54,182 nt of DNA, taken from a virus (taxonomy: Duplodnaviria > Heunggongvirae > Uroviricota > Caudoviricetes). Below, piece by piece: positions 28,789 to 37,518 of the stretch. The stretch lies in the IMG/VR virus record IMGVR_UViG_2585427735_000009. One strand, given 5' to 3'. The translations under genes and the position numbers were made by a program. The notes under the pieces were generated by a model that was not told the origin of the DNA, did no database searches, and worked only from the letters and a program-made list of their open reading frames with translations. Positions within the stretch are counted from its first letter, which is position 1. The number at the start of each line of letters is the position of its first letter.

Positions 28789-29726
28789 ACCTGTGAGAGT
28801 AATTCAGGGTTGGTATAAACCTCTTTAAAGGCCGCATTAATATGTTTTTCTGTCAGCGCCGCGCCTTCACCGCTGGCGGTGAGCCACGCCTGGTTAAGCG
28901 TATGTGTCAGAACGCGTAACGCTCCCGGCTTTTCAGCGATAGCCTGCATGACGGCCAGCTCGGCCTCACCACTGATCCCCCACGCCATGGCAATGGCCAG
29001 CACATCCGCCTTTTTGGCCTTGCGAAGTTGTTTTGTACGGGCAAGACGGCTGAACAGGCGCGATAAATCATCAAAGGCGCGGCGTCCACCTTTAAACAAT
29101 CCGCGCGGGTTACCAATAAGCACCATCCCGATCCCCGTGGCGTCCTGAATTGCCCGGAGTTGCTCCAGACCGTCAATACCAAGATGATCCGCCTCATCCA
29201 CAATCACCAGTCCACGCGTTCCCATCAGGCGACGGCGGATGGCGCGGGATAATGCCCCTTTGTTCGCGCGGGTGTAATCAATCCCCAGCGCATCGGCCAG
29301 CTCCAGCAGACACTCCGTGACGCTGGAGTGCGCGGGTGACAGGGTGATCATCCAGGTGTTTGGTTGCTCCTGGCAGTAATTACGGGCAGTGGCCGTTTTA
29401 CCCACACCCGGTACGCCCACAATAACGTTAATACAGCCCATCAGGCGAACCGCCTGAAACAGTGCGCGCAGCTCCTGGACTGTCTGAGTTTCCACAAACT
29501 GCGGCGGTTCCGGCAGTGCGCTTTGTTTATTCCAGTTCTCATACCAGGAGCGCAGGGAAGCAGCCACAGCAGCGTTATCGCCTTTATATTTTCCCTTACG
29601 GAAAGCCGATAATGTGCCGTCGGAAATTCCCGCCTCTCTGGCGATGGCATACTGCGTCAGTACGCCGCCATCAATAAGTTCATCAATGGTCTTGATTACA
29701 TCGTTAATATCGGTCATATTATTCAC
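28785..29726 (-). CDS. B: DNA transposition protein B (AAA+ ATPase, Mu B-like)
   Basis: 313 aa; N-terminal HTH, Walker A VGVPGVGKT, Walker B VIVDEADHL; colinear with Mu B. Confidence 0.9.
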   Translation of the reverse strand: MNNMTDINDVIKTIDELIDGGVLTQYAIAREAGISDGTLSAFRKGKYKGDNAAVAASLRSWYENWNKQSALPEPPQFVETQTVQELRALFQAVRLMGCINVIVGVPGVGKTATARNYCQEQPNTWMITLSPAHSSVTECLLELADALGIDYTRANKGALSRAIRRRLMGTRGLVIVDEADHLGIDGLEQLRAIQDATGIGMVLIGNPRGLFKGGRRAFDDLSRLFSRLARTKQLRKAKKADVLAIAMAWGISGEAELAVMQAIAEKPGALRVLTHTLNQAWLTASGEGAALTEKHINAAFKEVYTNPELLSQV

Positions 29727-29799
29727 CTCGCTTGAGACAGCATTCTCCGAGACTGAAACCTCAAATAACCTGAGTCACCCCTCGGGTTATTTTTTTATT

Positions 29800-31890
29800 T
29801 CAGGCCAGCGGATCACTTTCTTTTAATTTCGCTTCGAGCAACTGCAATCCCCGCTGGAAATTACGCTCGTATTCTTCATCAGGTTCATCGTCAGCGACCG
29901 GTTGCTGAACGGTCACCGTATTACCCACAGGGCGGTATATGTTTTCCAGCCAGGGCTCCTGCGGCTTGTGCTCCAGCACGTTGACAACCTCATCCTCGGC
30001 ATCACGGATTTTTTCCTCTGCGCGTTTACGCATGCCTTTAAGGCGCTGCTGCTGTTTGTAGTATTCCGCGCTGACAGGGAAGGCTTCGCGTTTATTGCCG
30101 TCCCATACCGCCTCGCAAATCACGCTGCCATCCGGGCGGCGCACGGTAATTCGTTCGGCATCATGAATGTCATAGCTGATAAGTACCTTACGGCCATGCT
30201 CGTCACGCAGCTCGGGCGCGTAGTAAATATTATTCAGCCAGCGTATTTCACAGCGTCTTACAGGGCGCTCCACCATCGGCCGGAACATATCCCGCAGTTC
30301 AACATCGGACAGCCATTCAATTTCCGTGTCCTCTTCCGCCAGGCGTTTTTTTCTGAACTCCGCCGGGCTGTAATGTTTACCGTTCGGCTTCATGGGTAAT
30401 TCATCGTGCGGCCGGTTGTTGTACCACTCAACACCGTCACGAATGGCATCAATCAGTTCAGACCAGGACGGTAAATCACGCATCGCTGACTGCTGCCGGG
30501 CGTTCAGCCGTTTGCCCTGTTGCAGGGCACTGAATGCCGAGCGTAAATCGCGGTTGGTTTTACGTAACGTCTCGCGATCTGCTCCTTTCCCGAAATAGGT
30601 GCGGTATTTACGGGCTATGCGCATCGGTAATGTGCGGTTAAGCCGTTCGATAATGCCCCGTCCCTGCGGATTACCGGCAATCCCTGTCGGGTGATTAATC
30701 CCCAGTCGTGGCAGTATCCCCACAATCTCCTTATCCAGGACGTCGGCGGTTTCCCCGGAGCCATTATCCGAGTAATACAGAAACGGTTTGCCATGATGGC
30801 GAATACCGTGCTGTATGGCACCGGCTACGGCGAAAACATTTTCAGCCAGGTCAAGGCTCCAGCCCACCACAAAGCGCGTGCCACCGTCGATAACAAAGGT
30901 CACTTCCGGTGCGAATGGCCGCCCGTGAACCGGGTGCGCGCATTTCAGCTTCATGCCGTGACCGTCACCAATCCAGACATAATTCACCGGCATTCTGGAC
31001 CAGTCGCGGCGCGTGAATCCCTCAAGCTGACGGTATTCACTGCCAGTTACCCGGCCTTTTTGTTTCACCACTTCCGGCAGTTTCTTCATTGCGCGGCGAA
31101 TGGTGTCATAAGAGGGCATGATATCGAGCATATAAGGCTCATCAGCGTGCCGGTGCTGCCATTCAGCAACAAAATCCTCGTAAGCCTCGGTCATTGGTCG
31201 GCCGTTTGACTGGCGATACTGCGCCAGAAATTCGGGCAGCCAGTTAATATCTTCGGCTTTTATTTCCTGGCGTTTACCCGGTGCCAGTAAAAGCAGGCGT
31301 TCAGCGGCGTTCTGTGCCTTGTTAAAGGCCGCAATCCAGCGTTTCAGCGTGATTTCACTCAACGCGCGGCTGTTTCCCTTTTTGGCGTTCGCCGTCTCAA
31401 CCATTGCCACAATGCGCTCGTCCAGTTGTGATCGTGCCAGGCTGTTAACGAGGAACCGGATAGCCTTAGCGCAACTAAAGCCGGGTTGTTGCGCGATTTT
31501 CAGCACCTCGCTGACGATCGCTATTCGTGCCTCTGCCACTTTACGTTGGTTTTCAGTCAGGGCATTGAGGCGTTCGACCATCAGTTGGGGTGATCCGCGA
31601 TATGCCTCCACCGCATCAACCACGGCAGGTGAGCGTCTGGCCTTTGTCACCACCGGAGCCGGTGATTCATCGGCTTTTTGCGTCATCAGTTGCAGGGCGT
31701 AGCGTTCACGTAATGCCTGCTGCGTCACTTCAGGTAAACAGTCGATGCTGTATTCAGTTGCTTTAGAGCCTGAGCGACGACGGGAACAACAGCTTTTCCC
31801 TTGTACGTAACGTTGTAATGCCTGGCGAATACCTTTTGTTGTAGCAGGCATTCCGGGCGCGCCAATCAGTTCTTTTGCAATGACATACAT
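29800..31890 (-). CDS. A: Mu-type DDE transposase A
   Basis: 696-aa ORF between ner and B; size and position of Mu A. Confidence 0.88.
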   Translation of the reverse strand: MYVIAKELIGAPGMPATTKGIRQALQRYVQGKSCCSRRRSGSKATEYSIDCLPEVTQQALRERYALQLMTQKADESPAPVVTKARRSPAVVDAVEAYRGSPQLMVERLNALTENQRKVAEARIAIVSEVLKIAQQPGFSCAKAIRFLVNSLARSQLDERIVAMVETANAKKGNSRALSEITLKRWIAAFNKAQNAAERLLLLAPGKRQEIKAEDINWLPEFLAQYRQSNGRPMTEAYEDFVAEWQHRHADEPYMLDIMPSYDTIRRAMKKLPEVVKQKGRVTGSEYRQLEGFTRRDWSRMPVNYVWIGDGHGMKLKCAHPVHGRPFAPEVTFVIDGGTRFVVGWSLDLAENVFAVAGAIQHGIRHHGKPFLYYSDNGSGETADVLDKEIVGILPRLGINHPTGIAGNPQGRGIIERLNRTLPMRIARKYRTYFGKGADRETLRKTNRDLRSAFSALQQGKRLNARQQSAMRDLPSWSELIDAIRDGVEWYNNRPHDELPMKPNGKHYSPAEFRKKRLAEEDTEIEWLSDVELRDMFRPMVERPVRRCEIRWLNNIYYAPELRDEHGRKVLISYDIHDAERITVRRPDGSVICEAVWDGNKREAFPVSAEYYKQQQRLKGMRKRAEEKIRDAEDEVVNVLEHKPQEPWLENIYRPVGNTVTVQQPVADDEPDEEYERNFQRGLQLLEAKLKESDPLA

Positions 31891-31891
31891 A

Positions 31892-32140
31892 TCATGACGC
31901 CTTTCTCATATAGCTCTTAACCTGGTATCGACTGGGCCAGATTTCTTCAGGTGATACCCCAAGAGCATCAGCAATTATTTGCTGATACGGTCGGCAAGGA
32001 GTACGTAATACGCTTTTCAGCGAATCCCTGCTGTAACCAGCCTTTAAAGATAAAGAGCGCAGTGATAAGCCAGCCATGTGTAAGCGCGCCTTGATGATTT
32101 CAGGCGGCCAATCGTGATCTGAAACTTCTCTTCTACTCAT
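31892..32140 (-). CDS. ner: Ner-like DNA-binding protein
   Basis: 82 aa; HTH ..HMAGLSLRSLSLKAGYSRDSLKSVL.. and C-terminal ..ADALGVSPEEIWPSRY match Ner/Nlp family. Confidence 0.85.
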   Translation of the reverse strand: MSRREVSDHDWPPEIIKARLHMAGLSLRSLSLKAGYSRDSLKSVLRTPCRPYQQIIADALGVSPEEIWPSRYQVKSYMRKAS

Positions 32141-32320
32141 ACTTCCTCTATTCTAAAAAGTTACCCGCGCGGATATTCGTGCGGATATCTGTACGGGTAA
32201 ATAATGCATCACCAAAAATACCAAATCAAGGTATTTTTGGTATTTTTGCTTTTATCCTTATTTTTCAATTGGATAAATAGAAAGAAACCTTTCCTTAGAA
32301 AAGCACCAAGAGGTATCTTT
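32141..32320. promoter_or_regulatory. Divergent early/repressor control region with operator-like repeats
   Basis: Perfect 11-bp inverted repeat CCAAAAATACC-N7-GGTATTTTTGG at 32212..32240, adjacent direct repeat GGTATTTTTG, and direct repeat GCGGATAT at ~32169 and ~32181, between divergent ner and c. Confidence 0.5.
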
Positions 32321-32851
32321 ATGTCGCAGGGAAAAGAACCTGTTATTGAACGTATTGGAATGCTTACAAAGCGCTACCCTTCAAGAAGTGCAGCTGCCAG
32401 AGCGTGGGGAATCAATATCAACACATTAAACAGCTATTTCAAGGGAGGACAAACACAACCAGCCCCCAGAGAAAGTATCCTTATACGAATTTCTGAAAGT
32501 GAAGGCGTTAGTCTTGAGTGGCTTAAAGAGGGCAAGGGTGAATTACCAAACGATATTGGTATTTATGGTAATTTTGGTTGTTCTGGTGATAAGGGAGATC
32601 AGCTTACACAGATGCTTTCATTCCTTACGAAAGACGAACGAGAACAGTTAACCAATCTCCTTGCTCGCAAAGGTGTAGAGACGGTTCTGACACTGCTGAA
32701 TAAAGAAAACCAGGATTTATTACAACTAGAAGGCAGGAAGCGCCTGGCTGCGTTGATGATTGTAGATATGCCAGACGATTGCGTCAGAGAGATTTTGGAA
32801 AAAACCGAGACAAGTAGGCAATCAAATCCGGTAGAATCTAAAGCGGGTTAG
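32321..32851 (+). CDS. c: Mu c-type repressor
   Basis: ATG at 32321 with AAGAGGT RBS (MSQGKEPVIERIGMLTKRY...); divergent from ner/A/B; the upstream extension in the ORF track is probably not translated. Confidence 0.75.
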   Translation: MSQGKEPVIERIGMLTKRYPSRSAAARAWGININTLNSYFKGGQTQPAPRESILIRISESEGVSLEWLKEGKGELPNDIGIYGNFGCSGDKGDQLTQMLSFLTKDEREQLTNLLARKGVETVLTLLNKENQDLLQLEGRKRLAALMIVDMPDDCVREILEKTETSRQSNPVESKAG

Positions 32852-33010
32852 TTTGGCGAGGCTGGCCCGTATGTTAGTTGCCATATAGATTTAATGAAGT
32901 TTTAAACGCTTTAAAAAGTTGAGATCGCAGTATCAAAAGTTTTGCCGATTTTAGAATAAACGATTAATTATTGCACAATCGATATCAAATAGACTTTAAG
33001 CGCTCATCCA

Positions 33011-33101
33011 GACATCACCTGTTTTATTTCAGTATCTTACAGGTGATTTCACCTCCTTTCACTAAAACCCTCGTTGGTATCAAATGATTCACCTGGTTAC
33101 A
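33011..33101. repeat. Prophage terminal region with repeated TCACCT(G)/CAGGTGA motifs (putative transposase binding sites, attL-like end)
   Basis: TCACCTG at 33015, CAGGTGA at 33040, TCACCT at 33049, TCACCTGG at 33089; element ends ...GGTTACA at 33101 (TG on minus strand) immediately before dbpA sequence. Confidence 0.5.
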
Positions 33102-33609
33102 CGGTAGCGCCCGTGTACTGGTTGCTACTGATGTTGCTGCGCGTGGTCTGGATATTAAATCGCTTGAGCTGGTGGTGAACTTTGAGCTGGCGTGGGACCC
33201 TGAAGTTCATGTACATCGCATCGGTCGTACAGCTCGTGCAGGAAATAGCGGTCTGGCGATCAGTTTCTGTGCTCCGGAAGAAGCACAGCGGGCCAATATC
33301 ATTTCTGACATGTTGCAGATAAAACTTAACTGGCAAACGCCGCCAGCTAATAGTTCCATTGTGCCGCTGGAAGCAGAAATGGCAACGTTGTGTATCGATG
33401 GCGGGAAAAAAGCCAAAATGCGCCCGGGTGATGTATTAGGTGCACTGACAGGAGATATCGGGCTTAATGGCGCAGATATTGGCAAAATCGCCGTGCATCC
33501 GGCGCATGTCTATGTCGCGGTCCGTCAGGCTGTTGCTCATAAAGCATGGAAACAGTTACAGGGCGGGAAGATTAAAGGAAAAACGTGCCGGGTGCGGTTA
33601 TTAAAATAA
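33102..33609 (+). pseudogene. dbpA: 3' fragment of ATP-dependent RNA helicase gene dbpA, truncated by prophage insertion
   Basis: In-frame translation from 33103: [47 protein letters not shown]... (DEAD-box motifs V and VI) to stop at 33609; no N-terminal helicase core upstream, phage DNA instead. Confidence 0.85.
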
Positions 33610-33737
33610 TGAAATGTTGAATTGCCGGGTGCAAGAGTAAACATCTTATTCGGGATTGCCGGATGCGACGCTGGCCGCGTCTTATCCGGCCTCCATAAGA
33701 GTAGCCCGATACGCTTGCGCATCGGGCGCTATCCTGG

Positions 33738-34673
33738 TTATTTCACTTCAACCACATTCAGTCGTAACTCATCCAACTGATTTTCATCTTCTTCTGGCTG
33801 CCAGCCCGCCGGTTGTAGTGGGATCTCTTCGCGATCAAACGCCAGATCACCCCCGTTAACCACTTCAGAACCGTGGGTAATGCCTTTAAAATCGAACAGG
33901 TTGGTATCGCACAGATGCGACGGCACCACATTCTGCATCGCGCTGAACATCGTCTCGATACGCCCTGGATAACGTTTATCCCAGTCACGCAACATGTCAG
34001 CAATCACCTGACGTTGCAGGTTAGGCTGTGAACCGCACAGGTTGCACGGAATAATCGGGAACGCTTTTGCATCGGCAAATCGCTGAATATCTTTCTCGCG
34101 GCAGTAGGCCAGCGGACGAATAACGATATGTTTGCCATCATCGCTCATCAGTTTCGGAGGCATACCTTTCATCTTGCCGCCGTAGAACATATTTAAGAAC
34201 AACGTTTGCAGGATATCGTCACGATGGTGACCCAACGCGATCTTCGTCGCCCCCAGTTCCGTTGCGGTACGATAAAGGATACCGCGACGAAGGCGAGAAC
34301 ACAGTGAGCAAGTGGTTTTGCCCTCTGGAATCTTCTCTTTCACGATACCGTAAGTATTCTCTTCAACAATCTTGTACTCAACGCCCAGCTTTTCAAGATA
34401 CTCGGGCAGAACGTGTTCCGGGAAGCCCGGTTGCTTTTGATCGAGGTTAACAGCCACCAGCGAAAAATTGATTGGCGCGCTTTGCTGCAAATTGCGCAGA
34501 ATCTCCAGCATGGTATAGCTGTCTTTACCCCCGGAGAGGCAAACCATGATGCGATCGCCTTCTTCAATCATATTGAAGTCAGCAATGGCTTCGCCCACGT
34601 TACGACGCAGACGTTTTTGTAATTTGTTCAGGTTGTATTGTTCTTTCTTTGTAATTTGTTGATTTTCTTGCAT
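33738..34673 (-). CDS. ttcA: tRNA 2-thiocytidine biosynthesis protein TtcA
   Basis: 311 aa; PP-loop motif SGGKDS and paired CxxC motifs; sits beside dbpA and intR as I recall the E. coli K-12 layout. Confidence 0.92.
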   Translation of the reverse strand: MQENQQITKKEQYNLNKLQKRLRRNVGEAIADFNMIEEGDRIMVCLSGGKDSYTMLEILRNLQQSAPINFSLVAVNLDQKQPGFPEHVLPEYLEKLGVEYKIVEENTYGIVKEKIPEGKTTCSLCSRLRRGILYRTATELGATKIALGHHRDDILQTLFLNMFYGGKMKGMPPKLMSDDGKHIVIRPLAYCREKDIQRFADAKAFPIIPCNLCGSQPNLQRQVIADMLRDWDKRYPGRIETMFSAMQNVVPSHLCDTNLFDFKGITHGSEVVNGGDLAFDREEIPLQPAGWQPEEDENQLDELRLNVVEVK

Positions 34674-34724
34674 TATTTCAGTTCTCTGGTACTAAATGGG
34701 GCAAATTGGGGGCAAACTTTGCAA

Positions 34725-35960
34725 CTACGATAACCGCGCATTCAACATGGCTATCTGTTCGTCGTTCATGTCATCAATCCACATACCGTAAATTTCATAC
34801 ACCATCTGCGCAGTTTCATGCCCCATTTGGCTGGCTATAAATGCCGGGTTCGCTCCTGCCGTCAACAGCCAGCAGGCAAAAGTATGCCGCGTATGGTACG
34901 GATTACGGCGGCGAATACCAGCACGTTTTACTGCTGCATTCCACCTTGCCCCCAAACTGCTTACCGAGTAATAAGGTTTTTGTTTTCCGTTACACACCCT
35001 GGGCATGAAAACAAAATGCAGTTTTTGCTTTTCGGTTCTGCCGTACTCCCGATGATAAAAGGTGATTTCGCTTTTGCGATGATGCCCGGTCAGTTTGTAT
35101 TGCTCCTTCAGTGCTTCAAGAGCAGGCTGCAGTAGTGTTACTGTTCGGATCCCGGCATTTGTTTTTGGGGGACCGAACATATCAAGTATCGTCAGGTTTC
35201 TTCTGACATTCACTATTCCCTTTTCGAGATCCACATCCTCCCACGCCAGAGCTGCCAGTTCCCCGTGACGAAGTCCTGAGTAAACGGCAAATTTCCACAA
35301 GTTCTGGCTCTGTCCTTTTTCACTTTCCATTAATGCATTGAATTCTGTTTTAGATAACGGATCAGGCTTTATTCTGTTTCGCTGTAATTTTTTTACTCCT
35401 TCAAATGGTTTGGTTGATATAAATCCCGACTGATACGCAAAACGCAACAGCGAACAGAGCAGGGCGATATAGTTATCAACTGTGCGCACGGTTCTTCCTT
35501 TTTTGTTGGATCTTGGATTATCCAGGTAAAGCGTTTCTCCATGCAGCAGTTCATTCCGGTAGTTTAAGATATCGCTATAACGAATATGTGATATCGGGGT
35601 ACTTTCACAAATTATTATTCTGAGTGTTTTTAATTGTGATTTCGTTTTCTTCATTGTGTTTGTTGTTAACTCTGTCTCTTTAATTTTTGTCCAGATATCA
35701 CAAAGCTCTCCGAACGTTTTTATGACTCTCGTTGTCACCATTTTTGCCCCAGTGCTGGACTGGGGAAAACGTCTTAAATACTCAAATTCACCGGAGTTTA
35801 TTTCATGAACTATCAGCGCTCTTAAATTTCCGGCCTTTTTAATATTACTGTTTGTAATCTCCCAGCCTTTTAATGTTTCCCGACATCGTTTTCCTCGAAA
35901 CATGAACCAGATGCGAATGTATCTACCTCTAATCTCGACACCTGTTGGTAATTTAGACAT
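34725..35960 (-). CDS. intR: Tyrosine integrase (Rac IntR-like)
   Basis: 411 aa; C-terminal catalytic region with RHTFA...H..Y-type residues; adjacent to ttcA attachment site. Confidence 0.92.
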   Translation of the reverse strand: MSKLPTGVEIRGRYIRIWFMFRGKRCRETLKGWEITNSNIKKAGNLRALIVHEINSGEFEYLRRFPQSSTGAKMVTTRVIKTFGELCDIWTKIKETELTTNTMKKTKSQLKTLRIIICESTPISHIRYSDILNYRNELLHGETLYLDNPRSNKKGRTVRTVDNYIALLCSLLRFAYQSGFISTKPFEGVKKLQRNRIKPDPLSKTEFNALMESEKGQSQNLWKFAVYSGLRHGELAALAWEDVDLEKGIVNVRRNLTILDMFGPPKTNAGIRTVTLLQPALEALKEQYKLTGHHRKSEITFYHREYGRTEKQKLHFVFMPRVCNGKQKPYYSVSSLGARWNAAVKRAGIRRRNPYHTRHTFACWLLTAGANPAFIASQMGHETAQMVYEIYGMWIDDMNDEQIAMLNARLS

Positions 35961-35961
35961 A

Positions 35962-36177
35962 TCATGAGTCTTTGATAAACTGATTTATCTTTGGATAGTT
36001 GTACCAGATAATCCCTCGTTTGCTGTCTGGCTTACCTAAAGGAGATACTCGTTTGAAGTGGAAGCCCTCCACCCAACAGTTCTGGCGGTATGCTTCAATT
36101 TGTCTGGCCCCCAGACCAGTGCGAAGCATCAGGCCGTATTCAACCATCCACTCTTCATTAAAGATTACTTGTGCCAT
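35962..36177 (-). CDS. xisR: Excisionase-like protein
   Basis: ATG at 36177 ([15 protein letters not shown]...); small basic protein directly upstream of integrase. Confidence 0.7.
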   Translation of the reverse strand: MAQVIFNEEWMVEYGLMLRTGLGARQIEAYRQNCWVEGFHFKRVSPLGKPDSKRGIIWYNYPKINQFIKDS

Positions 36178-36255
36178 CGCATCACCTCTGGCAGGCGCCA
36201 ATGTTAGACTGAAATTGACGCCCGATGTTGATTATTAATAATCAGCTATGAAGTT

Positions 36256-36465
36256 TTAATTTGAATACAATGCAATTCTCGAGGACTGAAGTTTCTCGCA
36301 ATTAAAATTTATCAGTTTTACTTTCTGCTCTCTGGAAACGCCTGCTTCTTTTTTACCTGAGAGCATTTTTTCGTATTCTGATTTCGTTAGTTTAGATTTT
36401 GAATATCTTGTCCAGTTAGTAGGAGTGCCACATTCCTTTTCAATAGTGGCGGTAATTTTATACAT
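36256..36465 (-). CDS. ydaC: Rac prophage small protein YdaC-like
   Basis: ATG at 36465 (MYKITATIEKECGTPTNW...), 8-nt overlap with ralR stop. Confidence 0.55.
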   Translation of the reverse strand: MYKITATIEKECGTPTNWTRYSKSKLTKSEYEKMLSGKKEAGVSREQKVKLINFNCEKLQSSRIALYSN

Positions 36466-36652
36466 GAACACCTCCATTATTATTTCCAGTGGTTCGTTTA
36501 TTCCATCTTTCGAGTGCTTCTTTTTCACTTCCACCATAACCGGTTCGGGATTCGCATCCGTTACACTTCGCTCGGTAATATCCTGAAATGGCTTTCACCG
36601 TTACTGATGGACAACCACAAAATGGACATGGTTTAACATTGTCATATCTCAT
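36458..36652 (-). CDS. ralR: Restriction alleviation protein (Lar/RalR family)
   Basis: ATG at 36652: MRYDNVKPCPFCGCPSVTVKAISGYYRAKCNGCESRTGYGGSEKEALERWNKR, Lar-type zinc ribbon. Confidence 0.8.
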   Translation of the reverse strand: MRYDNVKPCPFCGCPSVTVKAISGYYRAKCNGCESRTGYGGSEKEALERWNKRTTGNNNGGVHV

Positions 36653-36708
36653 AATTTTTCTCATAAAAAATATTTCAAGTTGGCGGTGCATTACACCGCC
36701 AGGCTGAA

Positions 36709-37518
36709 TTATTCCTCTGAATTATCGATTACACTGTATTCCCCGGTTAATACAGAGGAATCTGCAGGATCGATTGTCAGTGGTTCCTTTTCATCCATTG
36801 ATACTGCACGCTGGATCTCAATTGATACGGGCAGATATTTGAACAGGCGACGAATAGCCGTTTTCTTTGCCATTTCTTCCCAGTGAGTTACCCACGGCCC
36901 GTTATTACCAGCTTTACTCAGGCTGCGCACCAGCTCAATCTGTTTGCGCGTCATAACTTCAAACTGAGTACCTCCGTCTTTCAGTCTTGCGACAGCATAG
37001 ACGTGGGTAACCGGGGCATCTTCGTTTTCTCCCGGGCGGTGTATTAACTTTTCATCAAGGCCAAATTCGAAGCTAAACTCGTCACCTTCACGGACAACAC
37101 GGGCTGACAGGCTGGCGATTTGACCAGAACGGCGAGCCAGATCAATCATGCCGCGATAGCCAATGATTAGCTGAACGTTCTTTTTACCGCTCTTTTCGTT
37201 TTTATTACCAAAAGGCAGTAAATATGCATGACCGAGGGCGCTACCTGGCTCAAGTCCGAGCTGTGAACACTGTACGATCGCACTGACAAAACTCATAGTG
37301 TCACAGTTTCCTAACGCCGGAACTTTACGAATTTCTGTGGTGGCGATACGGATCATACGTTCAGCCGTCATATGGCGTGGAAGAGCTGCTGCCAGTTGCT
37401 CTTTCATTGATGGCTGGTTAATAAAACTAATCACGTCGCTATTTTTAACTGCTGCTGGTGCACGGTTTCCCTGAGTTTTTTGCAGATCGGCTTTTGCGAT
37501 TGGTGGTTGCTTAGTCAT
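36709..37518 (-). CDS. recT: Recombination protein RecT
   Basis: ATG at 37518 ([13 protein letters not shown]...), 269 aa; downstream of recE with 8-nt overlap. Confidence 0.92.
   Translation of the reverse strand: MTKQPPIAKADLQKTQGNRAPAAVKNSDVISFINQPSMKEQLAAALPRHMTAERMIRIATTEIRKVPALGNCDTMSFVSAIVQCSQLGLEPGSALGHAYLLPFGNKNEKSGKKNVQLIIGYRGMIDLARRSGQIASLSARVVREGDEFSFEFGLDEKLIHRPGENEDAPVTHVYAVARLKDGGTQFEVMTRKQIELVRSLSKAGNNGPWVTHWEEMAKKTAIRRLFKYLPVSIEIQRAVSMDEKEPLTIDPADSSVLTGEYSVIDNSEE

Larger units (their letters stand above)
1..33101. mobile_element. Mu-like transposable prophage (partial; c/left end at ~33101, tail-fibre end beyond window start)
   Basis: Colinear Mu gene order on minus strand from tail fibre to A/B/ner plus divergent c repressor; minus-strand terminus reads TGTAACCAGGTGAATCA from 33101; dbpA coding sequence resumes at 33102. 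Confidence 0.85.

Noticed and set aside
32204-32320. N-terminal extension of repressor c ORF
   Set aside because: Extension starts at a non-ATG codon inside the operator region; ATG at 32321 has a good RBS and yields a typical repressor N-terminus.
33207-33485. 92-aa minus-strand ORF within dbpA fragment
   Set aside because: Antisense to conserved DEAD-box helicase coding sequence.
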